From contig CM082576.2 in the NCBI GenBank assembly GCA_040954595.2, positions 17,841,028 to 17,905,027 on the forward strand: a DNA stretch of 64,000 nt, given 5' to 3'. Each line of letters begins with the position of its first letter. Position 1 is the first letter of the stretch. Source of the stretch: Balanoglossus misakiensis (Eukaryota > Animalia > Hemichordata). Under the pieces are notes generated by a model that saw only the letters and a list, made by a program, of their open reading frames with translations, was not told where the DNA came from and did no database searches. Of this stretch, positions 63,332 to 64,000 are shown one piece after another. A program made the translations under genes and the position numbers.

Positions 63332-64000
63332 AATAACAAGACAATGTTTGGAAGCAACTATGGATATTTTAGAACAAACAGCCGATCTACAGAGTCTACC
63401 GGAAAACTTTCTTATTCGCTCGGGCAGTGTGTTCTACGCATGACAACTAAATATGCAAATAACGAGACGGCGTTTGGAAGCAATCATGGATATTTTAGAA
63501 CAACCGTCGATCTAGCTACAGCGTATACCGGAAAACGTTCTTATTCGCTCGGGCCAGTGTGTTCTACGCATCACAACTGATGCAAATAACAAGACAGCGT
63601 TTGGAAGCGACCATGGGTATTTTAGAACAAACAGTCGATCTACAGAGTCTACCGGAAAAATTTCTTATTCGCTCGGGCCAATGTGGTCTACGCATCACAA
63701 CGGAATATGCAAACAACGTGACGGCGTTTGGAAGCAACCATGGATATTTTAGAACAAACAGTCGATCTACAGAGTCTACCGGAAAACTTTCTTATTCGCT
63801 CGGGCCAGTGTGTTCTACACATCACAACTGAATATGCAAATAACAAGACAGCGTTTGGAAGCATCCATGGATATTTTAGAACAAACCGTCGATCTACAGA
63901 GTCTACCGGAAAACTTTCTTATTCGCTCGGACCTGTGTGTTCTACGCATCACAACTGAATATGCAAATAACGAGACGGCGTTTGGCAGCAGCCATGGATA
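63332..64000. repeat. ~126-bp tandem satellite, >5 copies, running off the window
   Basis: aaataacaagacagcgtttggaagc..tagaacaaacagtcgatctacagagtctaccggaaaactttcttattcgctcgg units at ~63332, 63457, 63584, 63712, 63838 and 63965. Confidence 0.9.

Overview
AT-rich, intron-containing animal DNA, most likely a marine invertebrate (inferred from the transposon repertoire), dominated by nested DNA transposons around one host gene. The host gene is an apparently intact 10-exon SLC22-type organic cation transporter (minus strand, 24536-17541). A second, decayed copy is split into two oppositely oriented halves, best explained by an ~11.4-kb inversion (14268-25698). Three two-gene cut-and-paste transposons are present, each with a transposase and a convergent accessory gene. 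(1) An intact Kolobok element (7520-13129; TTAA TSD, 201-bp TIRs) encodes a THAP-DDE transposase and a KolX/P2X7-ballast-like Cys-rich protein. (2) A 12.3-kb IS3EU-type element (26296-38583; TATGG...CCATA ends, 6-bp TSD TAAACC, 21-bp subterminal arrays) encodes a SAM-HTH-integrase transposase and a spliced SAM-(Ubl-like)-Zn finger-HECT E3 ubiquitin ligase. This is the most interesting system in the window. (3) A decayed ISL2EU-type element encodes a DDE_Tnp_4 transposase and a YqaJ exonuclease-PHD protein. The rest consists of non-autonomous TTAA, TAA and Academ-like elements, LINE fragments (Rex1/Babar-like, L2-like), hairpins and tandem repeats. Exon structures and boundaries were read by eye and domain names come from motif recognition, not database searches.
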